NCBI GenBank assembly: GCA_041288095.1
Contig: JBGGMJ010000188.1
Location: 73,288 to 137,287, forward strand
Direction of reading: 5' to 3'
DNA from: Myxococcota bacterium
Lineage (GTDB): Bacteria > Myxococcota > XYA12-FULL-58-9 > JALHOP01
DNA: 64,000 bases
Within the stretch, counting starts at the first letter, position 1. Each line of letters opens with the position of its first letter. A model generated the notes under the pieces. The model made no database searches. It was not told where the DNA came from and was given only the letters and a program-made list of their open reading frames with translations. The position numbers and the translations under genes were made by a program. Of this stretch, positions 39,089-47,333 are shown in pieces.

Positions 39089-40482
39089 GCCAAACGCGCG
39101 CCCGCCGCCTGCTCATCGTCGATGACGAAGAGGGCATGCGTCACATGCTGTCGCTCACGCTCGAGCGGCAAGGTTTCACGGTAAGCTCCGTCGCCGACGG
39201 CGCCGCCGCGCTCGAGCGCCTGGCGCAGGGCGACATCGACATCGTTCTCTCCGACGTGCGCATGCCGGGCATGGACGGGCTGACGCTCCTCGACAAGCTG
39301 CGCGAGGCAAAGAGCCCCGTCATCGTCATCATGATGAGCGCGTTCGTCGATCTCGACACCGCCATCGAAGCCTTGAAGCGCGGCGCGGCCGACTACGTCT
39401 CGAAGCCCTTCAAGCCCGACGAGGTGCTGCTCAAGATTCGCATGGCCGACGAGCGCCAGCGGCTCGCCGAAGATCGCGAGCGTCTCGAGGCGGAGAACGC
39501 GCGCCTACGTGGCGAGCCGTCGCTGTCGTCGCTCGGACCCGGCATCGTCGGCAAGAGCAAGCGGCTGGCGGCGATCTTCCAGACCGTGCGCAAGATCGCG
39601 GACTACAAGACGACCGTGTTGCTGCTCGGCGAGTCCGGGACCGGCAAGGAGCTCGTGGCGCGCGCCATCCACGACCAATCCGTGCGCTCGAAAGGCCCCT
39701 TCGTCGCCGTGAACTGCGGCGCTATCCCCGAGACGCTCCTCGAGAGCGAGCTCTTCGGCCATGCCAAAGGCGCCTTCACCGACGCGAGCCGCAACAAGCG
39801 CGGCATCATCGAGGAAGCAAACGGCGGCACGCTTTTCCTCGACGAGATCGGCGAGCTCCCATTGCAGCTGCAGGTGAAGCTGCTGCGCTTCCTACAAGAA
39901 GACGAGATCCGCAGGGTCGGCGAGAACAAGGGCATGACCGTCGACGTGCGCGTCGTCGCCGCCACGGCCCGCGATCTGCAGCAGATGGTGGCCGAGGGCG
40001 AGTTTCGCGAGGACCTGTTCTATCGCTTGAACGTCTTGCTGCTGACGATTCCGCCGCTGCGCGAACGCAAAGACGACGTTCCGCTGCTCGTCGAACACTT
40101 TCTCGCCCGCTATGGCGAACGTTTGGATCGCGCCGGCATGAGTGTGTCACGCGAGGCCTTGAAGGTCCTCATGGACTACAACTGGCCCGGCAACGTCCGT
40201 GAGCTCGAGAACACCATCGAGCGTGCCATGGTGTTGAACGAAGGCGACCGCATCGAGGTCGACGGCCTACCGGAGCGCTTGCGCAAGGAGCCCGAGGCGA
40301 CACCCGAAGCGCTGGCCTTCGGTGACGACCTGTCGATCAAGCGCGCCGTCCGCGCCATCGAGCGTGAGCTCATCAAGCGCGCCCTCGAAAAGACAGGCGG
40401 CAACCGCACGCGCGCGGCGGACCTGCTCGAGCTCTCGCACCGGGCGTTGCTGTACAAGCTCAAGGAATACGATCTGTCTTGA
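39085..40482 (+). CDS. sigma54-dependent response regulator (REC-AAA+-Fis HTH), Nla19/PxrR-like
   Basis: VDDE, SDVRMP, GESGTGKE, GAFTDA, LFLDEIG, FREDLFYRLN, WPGNVRELEN, GNRTRAADLLELSHRALLYKLKEY. Confidence 0.95.
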   Translation: MSQTRARRLLIVDDEEGMRHMLSLTLERQGFTVSSVADGAAALERLAQGDIDIVLSDVRMPGMDGLTLLDKLREAKSPVIVIMMSAFVDLDTAIEALKRGAADYVSKPFKPDEVLLKIRMADERQRLAEDRERLEAENARLRGEPSLSSLGPGIVGKSKRLAAIFQTVRKIADYKTTVLLLGESGTGKELVARAIHDQSVRSKGPFVAVNCGAIPETLLESELFGHAKGAFTDASRNKRGIIEEANGGTLFLDEIGELPLQLQVKLLRFLQEDEIRRVGENKGMTVDVRVVAATARDLQQMVAEGEFREDLFYRLNVLLLTIPPLRERKDDVPLLVEHFLARYGERLDRAGMSVSREALKVLMDYNWPGNVRELENTIERAMVLNEGDRIEVDGLPERLRKEPEATPEALAFGDDLSIKRAVRAIERELIKRALEKTGGNRTRAADLLELSHRALLYKLKEYDLS

Positions 40483-40534
40483 GCGGCCACTCGTACGCTC
40501 GCCCGACGTCGCCTGCACTTCGTACACTCGAATT

Positions 40535-40759
40535 TTTTTTGTGACACACTGCGGCGTCGACGAAACCCTCCCCGGAGGTTTCGTCGTCGACGCCAACTTT
40601 GCGCAATGAGCTACCGCGCCCAGGTGGGATGATTTGCTTCACTGGCGAGCCGCTATCGCGTTGCTTGTAGGAGCCTTGGTGGTTTGGCACCGAGGGAGTT
40701 TGCTTGACCCACCGCTGCGCTTCGAAAATGCACCGGTGCATTTCGGGCGTACTTTTTTT
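40535..40759 (+). ncRNA. Candidate structured sRNA; boundaries tentative
   Basis: TACACT at 40523-40528, long hairpin 40553-40594, terminator-like end at 40759, no convincing ORF. Confidence 0.35.
40717..40759 (+). terminator. Rho-independent terminator-like hairpin + T7
   Basis: GCGCTTCGAAAATGCACCGGTGCATTTCGGGCGT-AC-TTTTTTT; contains a perfect 18-bp palindrome at 40726-40743. Confidence 0.6.
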
Positions 40760-40873
40760 GGGATGAAATCGACGTCCTGAAGACGAATGTTGTTGACGCG
40801 TCTCCGCGTTGACACCGCCTTAGCGGACCGGCGGCCTTGCGAGAATGCCTTCTCTGCGCGCCCGCTCGCGCTC

Positions 40874-40953
40874 TGCTAAATGGGGACACTAACCATTTTC
40901 CGTATCAAACCCGTGCGTGCGTCGGAAAAATGGTTGGTGTCCCCAATTTAGCA
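40874..40953. repeat. ~30-bp near-perfect inverted repeat with 20-nt spacer (REPIN/MITE-like)
   Basis: TGCTAAATGGGGACACTAACCATTTTCCG ... CGGAAAAATGGTTGGTGTCCCCAATTTAGCA. Confidence 0.8.
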
Positions 40954-40985
40954 AAAAAATTTTCGAGGGAACGAAGTGAAAAGGC

Positions 40986-41549
40986 TCACTTACCGCAGAT
41001 GAGATGCCCGATCGCCACGTCCACGTTCAGCGCCACCGTCGCCTTGATGGTCGTGGTGTTCTGCGGCGAGTTGCCGTCGACCTCGGTGCCCAGCGAGAAG
41101 CTGCCCGCTTTGGCGTAGTCCTTGAGGTTCACGTCGGTGACGTCGAGGCCGACCGTGCGCAGGCCCGCCTGGAACGGACCGCCTTCGGCGATGAGCTCGC
41201 GGCGGCCGTTTTCGCCGACTGCGTAGAAGGCAATGCTGTCGATGAACTCGAAGTCCTGCCCGGAGGCGGGCGAGATGATCTCGAGGGTCAGCGAGTCCAC
41301 TTTGACGGAGTCGACGTCGTCGATGTCGAAGCCGCGGTTCTTGAACTCTTGCTCGTTGCTGACGTCGATGCTGCCGAACTCGACGAAGCCGAGCTCGTCC
41401 AGGATGCTGAGGGGCGAGCCGCCTTGAATCGTCGTGTTGGCGCTCTTGGTGATGATGATGTTGTCGAGGTTGCTGCACGCAAGGAAGGCGAAGACGACGC
41501 AAATGCGGCCAACGAGGAGCTTGCGGCGGAGATTCGGGCGATTGGTCAT
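40986..41549 (-). CDS. Hypothetical beta-rich lipoprotein
   Basis: FLAC lipobox; DVDSVKVDSLTLEI..DFEFIDSIAFY; start 41549 (TAAGAT upstream) or 41558. Confidence 0.75.
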   Translation of the reverse strand: MTNRPNLRRKLLVGRICVVFAFLACSNLDNIIITKSANTTIQGGSPLSILDELGFVEFGSIDVSNEQEFKNRGFDIDDVDSVKVDSLTLEIISPASGQDFEFIDSIAFYAVGENGRRELIAEGGPFQAGLRTVGLDVTDVNLKDYAKAGSFSLGTEVDGNSPQNTTTIKATVALNVDVAIGHLICGK

Positions 41550-41617
41550 CGTGGGCATCTTACGAGGACGCGCCCGTGACGGGAAATATTCTGACGAAGA
41601 GGGTTATCGGGGGTGGA

Positions 41618-41693
41618 TGGTGGAGCCGAACGGGATCGAACCGTCGACCTCCTGAATGCCATTCAGGCGCTCTCCCAGCTGAGCTACGGCCCC
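41618..41693 (-). tRNA. tRNA-Ala(GGC)
   Basis: GGGGCCGTAGCTCAGCTGGGAGAGCGCCTGAATGGCATTCAGGAGGTCGACGGTTCGATCCCGTTCGGCTCCACCA; 76 nt, encoded CCA, G3:U70 pair. Confidence 0.98.
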
Positions 41694-41733
41694 ATGTCCA
41701 CCCACAGCGCTCTGGGAGCGCTGCGAACCTGTC

Positions 41734-42153
41734 TCAATTCGTCGACTTGCTTACGCTCGTGCGCGCTTTTTTGCTAGTGCGCGCTTTCTTTGCCGCCGGA
41801 CGCTTCTTGGCCGGGGCTGTGTGTCCGTTGAGCTCGCCTTCGGCGTGAGCATTCACGCGAACGCCGGCCCGCTTGCTGGCCGCTTGCGGTGCAAGGCTGG
41901 TCACGACCTCGTTGAGGCGCTCGACCGTGCGTTGCACGAACGAGGGAAGCGGAACTTTGCCCTGATTGGCGAGCTTGTAGGTCTGCTCGCCGAGCAGCAC
42001 CATCAAGCGATCGCGCTCCTGCATGAGGCGACGGATATCGGCCTCGATGCGGTCGCCGCGGCGGCGGACGACTTGACGCACGTCGTCGAGTTGATCGACT
42101 GCCTGTCGGAACAACGCGCCTACCTGTGCTTTCAACGCAGCCCGCTTTGCCAT
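41734..42153 (-). CDS. Hypothetical coiled-coil protein with Lys/Ala-rich tail
   Basis: GGAG RBS; MAKRAALKAQ..ERDRLMVLLGEQTY..PAKKRPAAKKARTSKK. Confidence 0.75.
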   Translation of the reverse strand: MAKRAALKAQVGALFRQAVDQLDDVRQVVRRRGDRIEADIRRLMQERDRLMVLLGEQTYKLANQGKVPLPSFVQRTVERLNEVVTSLAPQAASKRAGVRVNAHAEGELNGHTAPAKKRPAAKKARTSKKARTSVSKSTN

Positions 42154-42178
42154 GGGAAAGGTCTCCGGATCCGCGGCG

Positions 42179-42208
42179 CGTGTAGCAAACGGCATCTTGG
42201 GCTGTCAA
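42179..42208 (-). promoter_or_regulatory. sigma70-type promoter for the hypothetical gene and tRNA-Ala
   Basis: TTGACA-N18-TACACG with TGn extension on the minus strand. Confidence 0.55.
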
Positions 42209-42249
42209 TTCAAAGAAGTGTGGGTGGTCCGGCTACCACCCAAAAAGAT

Positions 42250-42278
42250 TTTTTCCGTCCCCGTCGTCTGCCGTGTCT
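42250..42278 (+). promoter_or_regulatory. Candidate ECF promoter, copy 1 (TTTTTC-N19-GTCT)
   Basis: Same motif and spacing as 43956-43984. Confidence 0.45.
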
Positions 42279-42331
42279 AATCGGCAAACATCGCTCACGA
42301 CCTTTGGGCCGTGCATCGCGAAGGAGACATT

Positions 42332-43303
42332 ATGCGTTGGTCTAAATACCTCATTCCCGCCGGCTTCCTCTTCGCGGTGGCCTGCGGCAAAGAAGAAGCC
42401 ACTTTCCAGGAGGCCTTGCCCAGCAAGGACGCTCTCACCGTCAACGCGCCTGACAGCTCCAACGCGCTCGCGGTCGGTCAGCTCTCGGGCTTCTACGTCA
42501 TCACGCGCTTGGCGACCGTCGGCGTGAACGTCACCGTGGCTGGCATCTTCAACCTGCTCGAGGACATCGTTCGCCAGCCGCCGACCACGATCGAGGGCGA
42601 GACCGCGATCTGGGGTCCGGGCGCGGGCGACGCGCTCGACCCGAACGTCTATCGCCTGGTCGTGACCGGCGCGAACGGCAAGTTCACCTACAGCCTGGAG
42701 TACCGCCGCAAGAATTCGGAGGGCGACTTCATCGTGCTGGCCTCGGGCCACTCGGACAAGTCGAGCGGCGAGGCCGACGGCGTTGGTGACCTCAGCATCT
42801 TCGTGACCGCCTGGGGCGAGGCGAGCCTGAACCCCTGCGATCGCGGCACCGCGGTGATCAACTACGACACCACGACCCAGCCGCAGAAGCTCAGCATCGA
42901 CTTCTCGGACTTCCGCAGCTGCGAAGAGGCCGAGGACGGTGTCTACTCGGCAAGCTACTACTACGACCGTTTCGCCGACGGCAGTGGCAACTTCCAGTTC
43001 ACCGCGAACGGCGACATCCAGGAAGGCGCCCGCGCCGTCGACGTCCTCGAGGACCTGGTCATCCGCTCGCGCTGGAACGCCACCGGCGCCGGCCGCTCGG
43101 ACGCCAAGATCTCGGGCGGTGACTTGAGCCTCGAAGGTGTCACGGAAGTGACCACCAGCGAGTGCTGGGACGCGAACTTCGGCATCACCTTCGCGGTGAC
43201 CACGCCGCAGGTCGTCGACCTCGACCATACCGCCGGCGCGGAGAGCGCTTGCCCGGCAGGCATGCAATCGGCCAGCTACTCGGTGGATGCCTCGATCCTC
43301 TAA
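42332..43303 (+). CDS. Beta-rich lipoprotein A (ECF/caspase cassette)
   Basis: AAGGAG RBS; FAVAC lipobox; PPTT..WGP; GAGRSDAKISGGDL..ECWD..CP. Confidence 0.85.
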   Translation: MRWSKYLIPAGFLFAVACGKEEATFQEALPSKDALTVNAPDSSNALAVGQLSGFYVITRLATVGVNVTVAGIFNLLEDIVRQPPTTIEGETAIWGPGAGDALDPNVYRLVVTGANGKFTYSLEYRRKNSEGDFIVLASGHSDKSSGEADGVGDLSIFVTAWGEASLNPCDRGTAVINYDTTTQPQKLSIDFSDFRSCEEAEDGVYSASYYYDRFADGSGNFQFTANGDIQEGARAVDVLEDLVIRSRWNATGAGRSDAKISGGDLSLEGVTEVTTSECWDANFGITFAVTTPQVVDLDHTAGAESACPAGMQSASYSVDASIL

Positions 43304-43321
43304 CTAGGAACGACGTGTGCA

Positions 43322-43359
43322 AAGCCCCCGCAGGTCACTCCGAGTGCCTGCGGGGGCTT
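43322..43359 (+). terminator. Strong hairpin between lipoprotein A and the ECF gene
   Basis: 13-bp perfect stem AAGCCCCCGCAGG/CCTGCGGGGGCTT plus inner CACT/AGTG; no long U tract. Confidence 0.65.
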
Positions 43360-43381
43360 CACGCGTCATTCGATCGTCTTC

Positions 43382-43918
43382 ATGGACAACAGCGACGACC
43401 GCCCAGACCTTCGCGCTCTCTACGAGCGCTATGGTCATTCCGTCTTCCGGCGCTGTCGCTACTTCCTACGCACCGACGACGACGCGCGCGACGCCATGCA
43501 CGAGGTCTTCCTCAAGGTGGTCTCCTCGTATGGCGACTTTCGCGGACAGGCTTCGCCGCTCACTTGGCTCACCCGCATTGCCACGCACCACTGCTTGAAC
43601 GTCCTACGCGGTCGCAAAGCCGGCTGGCACGAGCGGTACGCGCAGGTGGTCGAAGTGGGCGCTCAGTGGAACGAACCTGGACAGGCCTCGTTCGAGCGCG
43701 CCGAGCTCGTGCGCCGGTTGCTGGCGCGCCTCGGTCGCGAGGAGCAGGAAGCCGCGATCTATTACTTCGTCGACGAGATGAACCAGGACGAGGCCGCCCG
43801 GGCCTGCGATTGCTCCCTGCCCACCCTGCGGAAACGCTTGCGGCGGTTCATCGAGGTGGCCCGCAAGGAGCTCAAGCGCGAGGACGCGACGTTGGTCTTC
43901 GGGGAAGCCCCGATCTGA
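43382..43918 (+). CDS. ECF sigma factor
   Basis: LYERYG..DARDAMHEVFLK..TWLTRIATHHCLN; region 4 NQDEAA..TLRKRL. Confidence 0.93.
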   Translation: MDNSDDRPDLRALYERYGHSVFRRCRYFLRTDDDARDAMHEVFLKVVSSYGDFRGQASPLTWLTRIATHHCLNVLRGRKAGWHERYAQVVEVGAQWNEPGQASFERAELVRRLLARLGREEQEAAIYYFVDEMNQDEAARACDCSLPTLRKRLRRFIEVARKELKREDATLVFGEAPI

Positions 43919-43955
43919 CGCCGGCGCCCGTGGTGTGATGGGCGACACGTTTTTC

Positions 43956-43984
43956 TTTTTCTCTTTCGCAAGCCCACGGGGTCT
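43956..43984 (+). promoter_or_regulatory. Candidate ECF promoter, copy 2 (TTTTTC-N19-GTCT)
   Basis: 9 nt before the anti-sigma ATG; same spacing as copy 1. Confidence 0.45.
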
Positions 43985-43993
43985 GTTGATTCG

Positions 43994-44701
43994 ATGAGCA
44001 CGCACGACGCCATCTCTTCCTTCATGCTCGAGCGCTACGCTGTCGGCGAGCTCGACGGTGCCGACCTCGCGGCGGTCGAAGCGGCCCTCGCGGCCGACCC
44101 GGCGCTTGCGGCCCGCGTCGAGAGCATGCGTAGCGCGCGTCAGCAGTTCCTCGCCGACGAGCCCTACGCCACCTTTCGCATCGAGCATGAGCGCCGCCGG
44201 GCGCCGGTGAAGAAGCGCTTTTCCTTGTGGCTGCCCACGGGCTTTGCCGCGGCGGCGGCGACGGCGCTCTTGCTGCTGTTTATCGTGCCCGAGGTGGACA
44301 GCGAGCGCGTCAAGGGCTCGGGAGTCGGTCTCACGGTGGCCTTGGTCGGGAGCGGCGCGCCCAAAGCGTTGGCCAGCGGCGCCGTGGTGCACCCGGGGGA
44401 TCGTCTACAGCTCGCCTACGATGCCGGCGACTATCGCTACCTCGCGTTGATTGGAATCGATGGCGGCGGCGTCATGAACGTCTACTATCCCGAGGGTGGC
44501 GAGGTGATGGCTCGCCGGCCCGCGGAGTCGCGCGGAGCCTTTCCTTTCAGCCTGACGCTGGATGCGACCTTGGGCACCGAGACCATGGTGGCGGTTTTCG
44601 CGGAGCAGCCGTTGCCGCTCAAGCGGATCGAAGAAGCAGTCCGCAAGAATGAGGTTTTGCCGGGGGTAAGCACGGTTCGTGTGACGCTCGACAAGGAGTA
44701 G
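43994..44701 (+). CDS. Putative anti-sigma factor (N-terminal ASD-like + TM + DUF4384-like periplasmic domain)
   Basis: LERYAVGEL..VEAALAAD; TM; RVKG; HPGDRLQLAY..IDGGG..YYP..SLTLD..E..VAVF. Confidence 0.8.
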   Translation: MSTHDAISSFMLERYAVGELDGADLAAVEAALAADPALAARVESMRSARQQFLADEPYATFRIEHERRRAPVKKRFSLWLPTGFAAAAATALLLLFIVPEVDSERVKGSGVGLTVALVGSGAPKALASGAVVHPGDRLQLAYDAGDYRYLALIGIDGGGVMNVYYPEGGEVMARRPAESRGAFPFSLTLDATLGTETMVAVFAEQPLPLKRIEEAVRKNEVLPGVSTVRVTLDKE

Positions 44702-44713
44702 AAGAACGCAATC

Positions 44714-46327
44714 ATGACTGGTTGGCTGCTCAGCATCGCGCTCTTGACGAGCGCTCTGAACGTCAACGAGCCCGTCGAACGCCGGGTCGCTCTACTCGTG
44801 TCTCATCCGTTCGGCGGCGACGATCTCACGCCGCTCCGCTACACCGACAACGACGTTGCCCGCATGCGCGATGTCTTGCGCATGACCGGCGGCTTCGCCG
44901 AGCGCGACATCGTCGTGGTCTCCGCCGAGGATGCCAACAAGGTACGCGCCGCCTTCGCGGCGTTGCGCGAGCGCCTGCAAGCCGACAAGCGGCCGTCGCT
45001 CCTGCTCTTCTACTATTCGGGACACGCGAAGGACGGCGAGCTGCGGCTCGGCAAGTCGACGCTGGCACTGACCGAGGTGAAGCGTCTGCTCGAGCAGACA
45101 CAGGCGTCGTTCCGCATCGCGCTCCTCGACGCTTGCCGCGTCGGCAGCATCACCCGCTTGAAGGGCGCCACCAAGGGCGAGCCGGTGAGCATCGACATCG
45201 ACGACACGACGATGCAGAGCGGGCAGGTGCTGATCACCGCCTCGTCCGACGATGAGGACGCGCAGGAGAGCGACGAGATCCAGGGCTCGTTCTTCACGCA
45301 CTACCTGACGAGCGGTCTGCGTGGCGCCGCCGATCTCGATCGCGACGGCCGCGTGACACTCTCGGAAGCCTACGGGTTCGCCTACGAGAACACCGTGTCG
45401 CGCACCGTGGCGACGCGCGGCGGCACGCAGCACCCGACCTTCCGCTTCGACATGCGCGGCGCCGGCGACGTCACTTTGGCGCGCGCCGACGCGCCGACCT
45501 CGGGCATCAGCTTCCCCAAGGCGCTCGCGGGCGAGTTCGTCGTCTTCGACAGCAAGCGCCGCGTCGTCGTCGCCGAGTTCGACAAGGACACGAGCGAGAG
45601 CCTGCGTGTCGCGGTCGCGCCCGGCGACTACGTCGTCAAGAAGCGCGAGACCGACCACGTGCGCTTGAGCCGCCTCAAGGTGCGCGACGACAACTTCGTG
45701 ACCGTCGACGTGAACGCCATGGAGAAGGTCGCTTTCGCGGACGACTACGCCAAGGGTCAGACGATCTCCGCGCAAGAGGTCATTCACGGCAAGCTCGGCG
45801 TCTTGCTCTCGGCGCAGCTCGGCGTGCAGTCGTTCTTGTCGGCGCCGATCCGTGACGCCTACGTGCCGACCCTCGGGCTCTTCAAGCTGACGCTCGATCT
45901 CCGCAACGCCATTCGCCGCAACGTCGGCGTGCGCTTCGACGCGGGCGTCGGCTCGAGCGGCGAGCAGGGTCTCGCGGTGACCGACCCCTTGCTGGGTGAC
46001 CTCGGCTACCGCGCGCGCGTCTCGCTGTTCACCGCTGGCGTCGGTCTCACCGGCGACGTGCCGTTCACGTCGTGGCTCCGCTTGAGCGGTGTCGGCCGAC
46101 TCGGCTTCATCCGGGTGGCGCGCGAGTTCACCGGCGCCGAAGCCATCCCGACGCAGGCGTTCTCGACGCTCACGCCCGGGATCGAAGCGCGATTGATCGC
46201 TCGTTGCACCAACTGGCTCGAGGCAGGCCTCGGGGCCGGCGTGCACTATGTGTTTTTCAACGGGGACGAGTCGCAGTCGCTCGCTTACGTCGACGGCGGT
46301 CTCATTCTCACGGCGGTGCTGCGATGA
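44714..46327 (+). CDS. Exported caspase-family (peptidase C14) protein with C-terminal beta-barrel-like domain
   Basis: Signal peptide; LRYTDND; YYSGHA (His) and LDACR (Cys); AQESDEIQGSFFTHYL..GAAD; QHP; amphipathic strands at the C terminus. Confidence 0.88.
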   Translation: MTGWLLSIALLTSALNVNEPVERRVALLVSHPFGGDDLTPLRYTDNDVARMRDVLRMTGGFAERDIVVVSAEDANKVRAAFAALRERLQADKRPSLLLFYYSGHAKDGELRLGKSTLALTEVKRLLEQTQASFRIALLDACRVGSITRLKGATKGEPVSIDIDDTTMQSGQVLITASSDDEDAQESDEIQGSFFTHYLTSGLRGAADLDRDGRVTLSEAYGFAYENTVSRTVATRGGTQHPTFRFDMRGAGDVTLARADAPTSGISFPKALAGEFVVFDSKRRVVVAEFDKDTSESLRVAVAPGDYVVKKRETDHVRLSRLKVRDDNFVTVDVNAMEKVAFADDYAKGQTISAQEVIHGKLGVLLSAQLGVQSFLSAPIRDAYVPTLGLFKLTLDLRNAIRRNVGVRFDAGVGSSGEQGLAVTDPLLGDLGYRARVSLFTAGVGLTGDVPFTSWLRLSGVGRLGFIRVAREFTGAEAIPTQAFSTLTPGIEARLIARCTNWLEAGLGAGVHYVFFNGDESQSLAYVDGGLILTAVLR

Positions 46328-47295
46328 AGCGCATCTCGATGGCACTCGTGGCGCTCTTGGGCGCGTGTGGAGAGCTCTCGAACGACGATCTCGTCTTCCT
46401 GCGCGGTGTACCGCAGAAGGAGGAGCTCAGCCTCGATGTCGAGGAGGCTGTGGAGAACGGCCTCGTGGGCGCGCCGGCCGAGTTCTACGCCTTCCTGATC
46501 GCGGCCTCGGAGGAGACCAACAACGACGTCGCGAACCTGCTCGACTTCGTCGACAGCATCGGCAAGGGCTACCCGCCGACCACGCGCGAGCACAACCTGC
46601 GGGTCTGGGGCCCGGTGCGCAACGTCGACGGCAGCGGCACTACCGTTCGTTTCGAGGTCCGTCGTGAAGGCGACACGTTCCGCTATTGCCTCCATACGGC
46701 GCGGGACAGCGAAGTCACGGGCGAGCCGACCTGCGACGACATCCCCGGGGGCTTCGGCATGGTGGCGATTCTCTACGGCGAGTACCGCCCGCGCACCGTT
46801 GGCGGTGGCGCCCGCGAAAGCGACGGCGTCGCGACGCTCGATATGGAGAGCGCGTTCCAGCGTGGCCTCGGCTTCTCGCGCGGCAAGCTAGTCGTCACCC
46901 ACGCATACGCCGAGGACGGCGACACCAAGCAGCTCACGATCACCGCGGACGCGCCGCAGATCGGCCTGCAGCCGGCGGTCCACGCCGCCTACTCGTACGA
47001 CCGTGACGTCGACGGCCGTGTGCAATTCTCGCTCGAGGCGCCCGGCGACTTCATCGAGACGACGCGCATCCCGGAGGATATGCAGATCGACGCCTGCTGG
47101 CGTGAAGGCAGCCCCGGCCGCGCCAACGTCGTCATCAGTGGTGGCGATCTGCTGGGCTTCAGCCCCGCGACCGCGGTCGAGTGCTGGGACGGCGGTATCG
47201 CTCGTACGTACGCGAGCTTCGAGCTCCCCGACTTCCCCATCTACAACTCGAACGAAGGCAACATCGCCGCCTGCCCGCCGCCGAACTGCGAGTGA
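46324..47295 (+). CDS. Beta-rich lipoprotein B, homologous to lipoprotein A
   Basis: ATGA overlap; LGAC; PPTT..WGP; PGRANVVISGGDL..ECWD..CP. Confidence 0.82.
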   Translation: MKRISMALVALLGACGELSNDDLVFLRGVPQKEELSLDVEEAVENGLVGAPAEFYAFLIAASEETNNDVANLLDFVDSIGKGYPPTTREHNLRVWGPVRNVDGSGTTVRFEVRREGDTFRYCLHTARDSEVTGEPTCDDIPGGFGMVAILYGEYRPRTVGGGARESDGVATLDMESAFQRGLGFSRGKLVVTHAYAEDGDTKQLTITADAPQIGLQPAVHAAYSYDRDVDGRVQFSLEAPGDFIETTRIPEDMQIDACWREGSPGRANVVISGGDLLGFSPATAVECWDGGIARTYASFELPDFPIYNSNEGNIAACPPPNCE

Positions 47296-47333
47296 CTGGT
47301 TGCCAACGCGGGGCCTTCTGGTAGGGAGGCCCC

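Noticed and set aside
39760..39790. GAFTDA instead of GAFTGA in the activator
   Set aside because: A known natural variant; not evidence of lost sigma54 contact
40685..40703. sigma54 promoter TGGCAC...TTGC
   Set aside because: GG-to-GC spacing is 14 nt, not the obligatory 10
40679..40780. 33-codon micro-ORF after AGGAG (MVWHRGSLL...)
   Set aside because: Atypical codon usage and it reads through the terminator-like hairpin; unsupported
40483..41693. Integrative island at the tRNA-Ala 3' end
   Set aside because: No integrase, and no duplicate of the tRNA 3' sequence seen in the window
44792..46345. Long antisense ORFs (also 7517-8842, 48855-50309, 51993-53222, 58016-59158 and others)
   Set aside because: Typical stop-poor shadow frames of high-GC3 genes; no recognisable motifs
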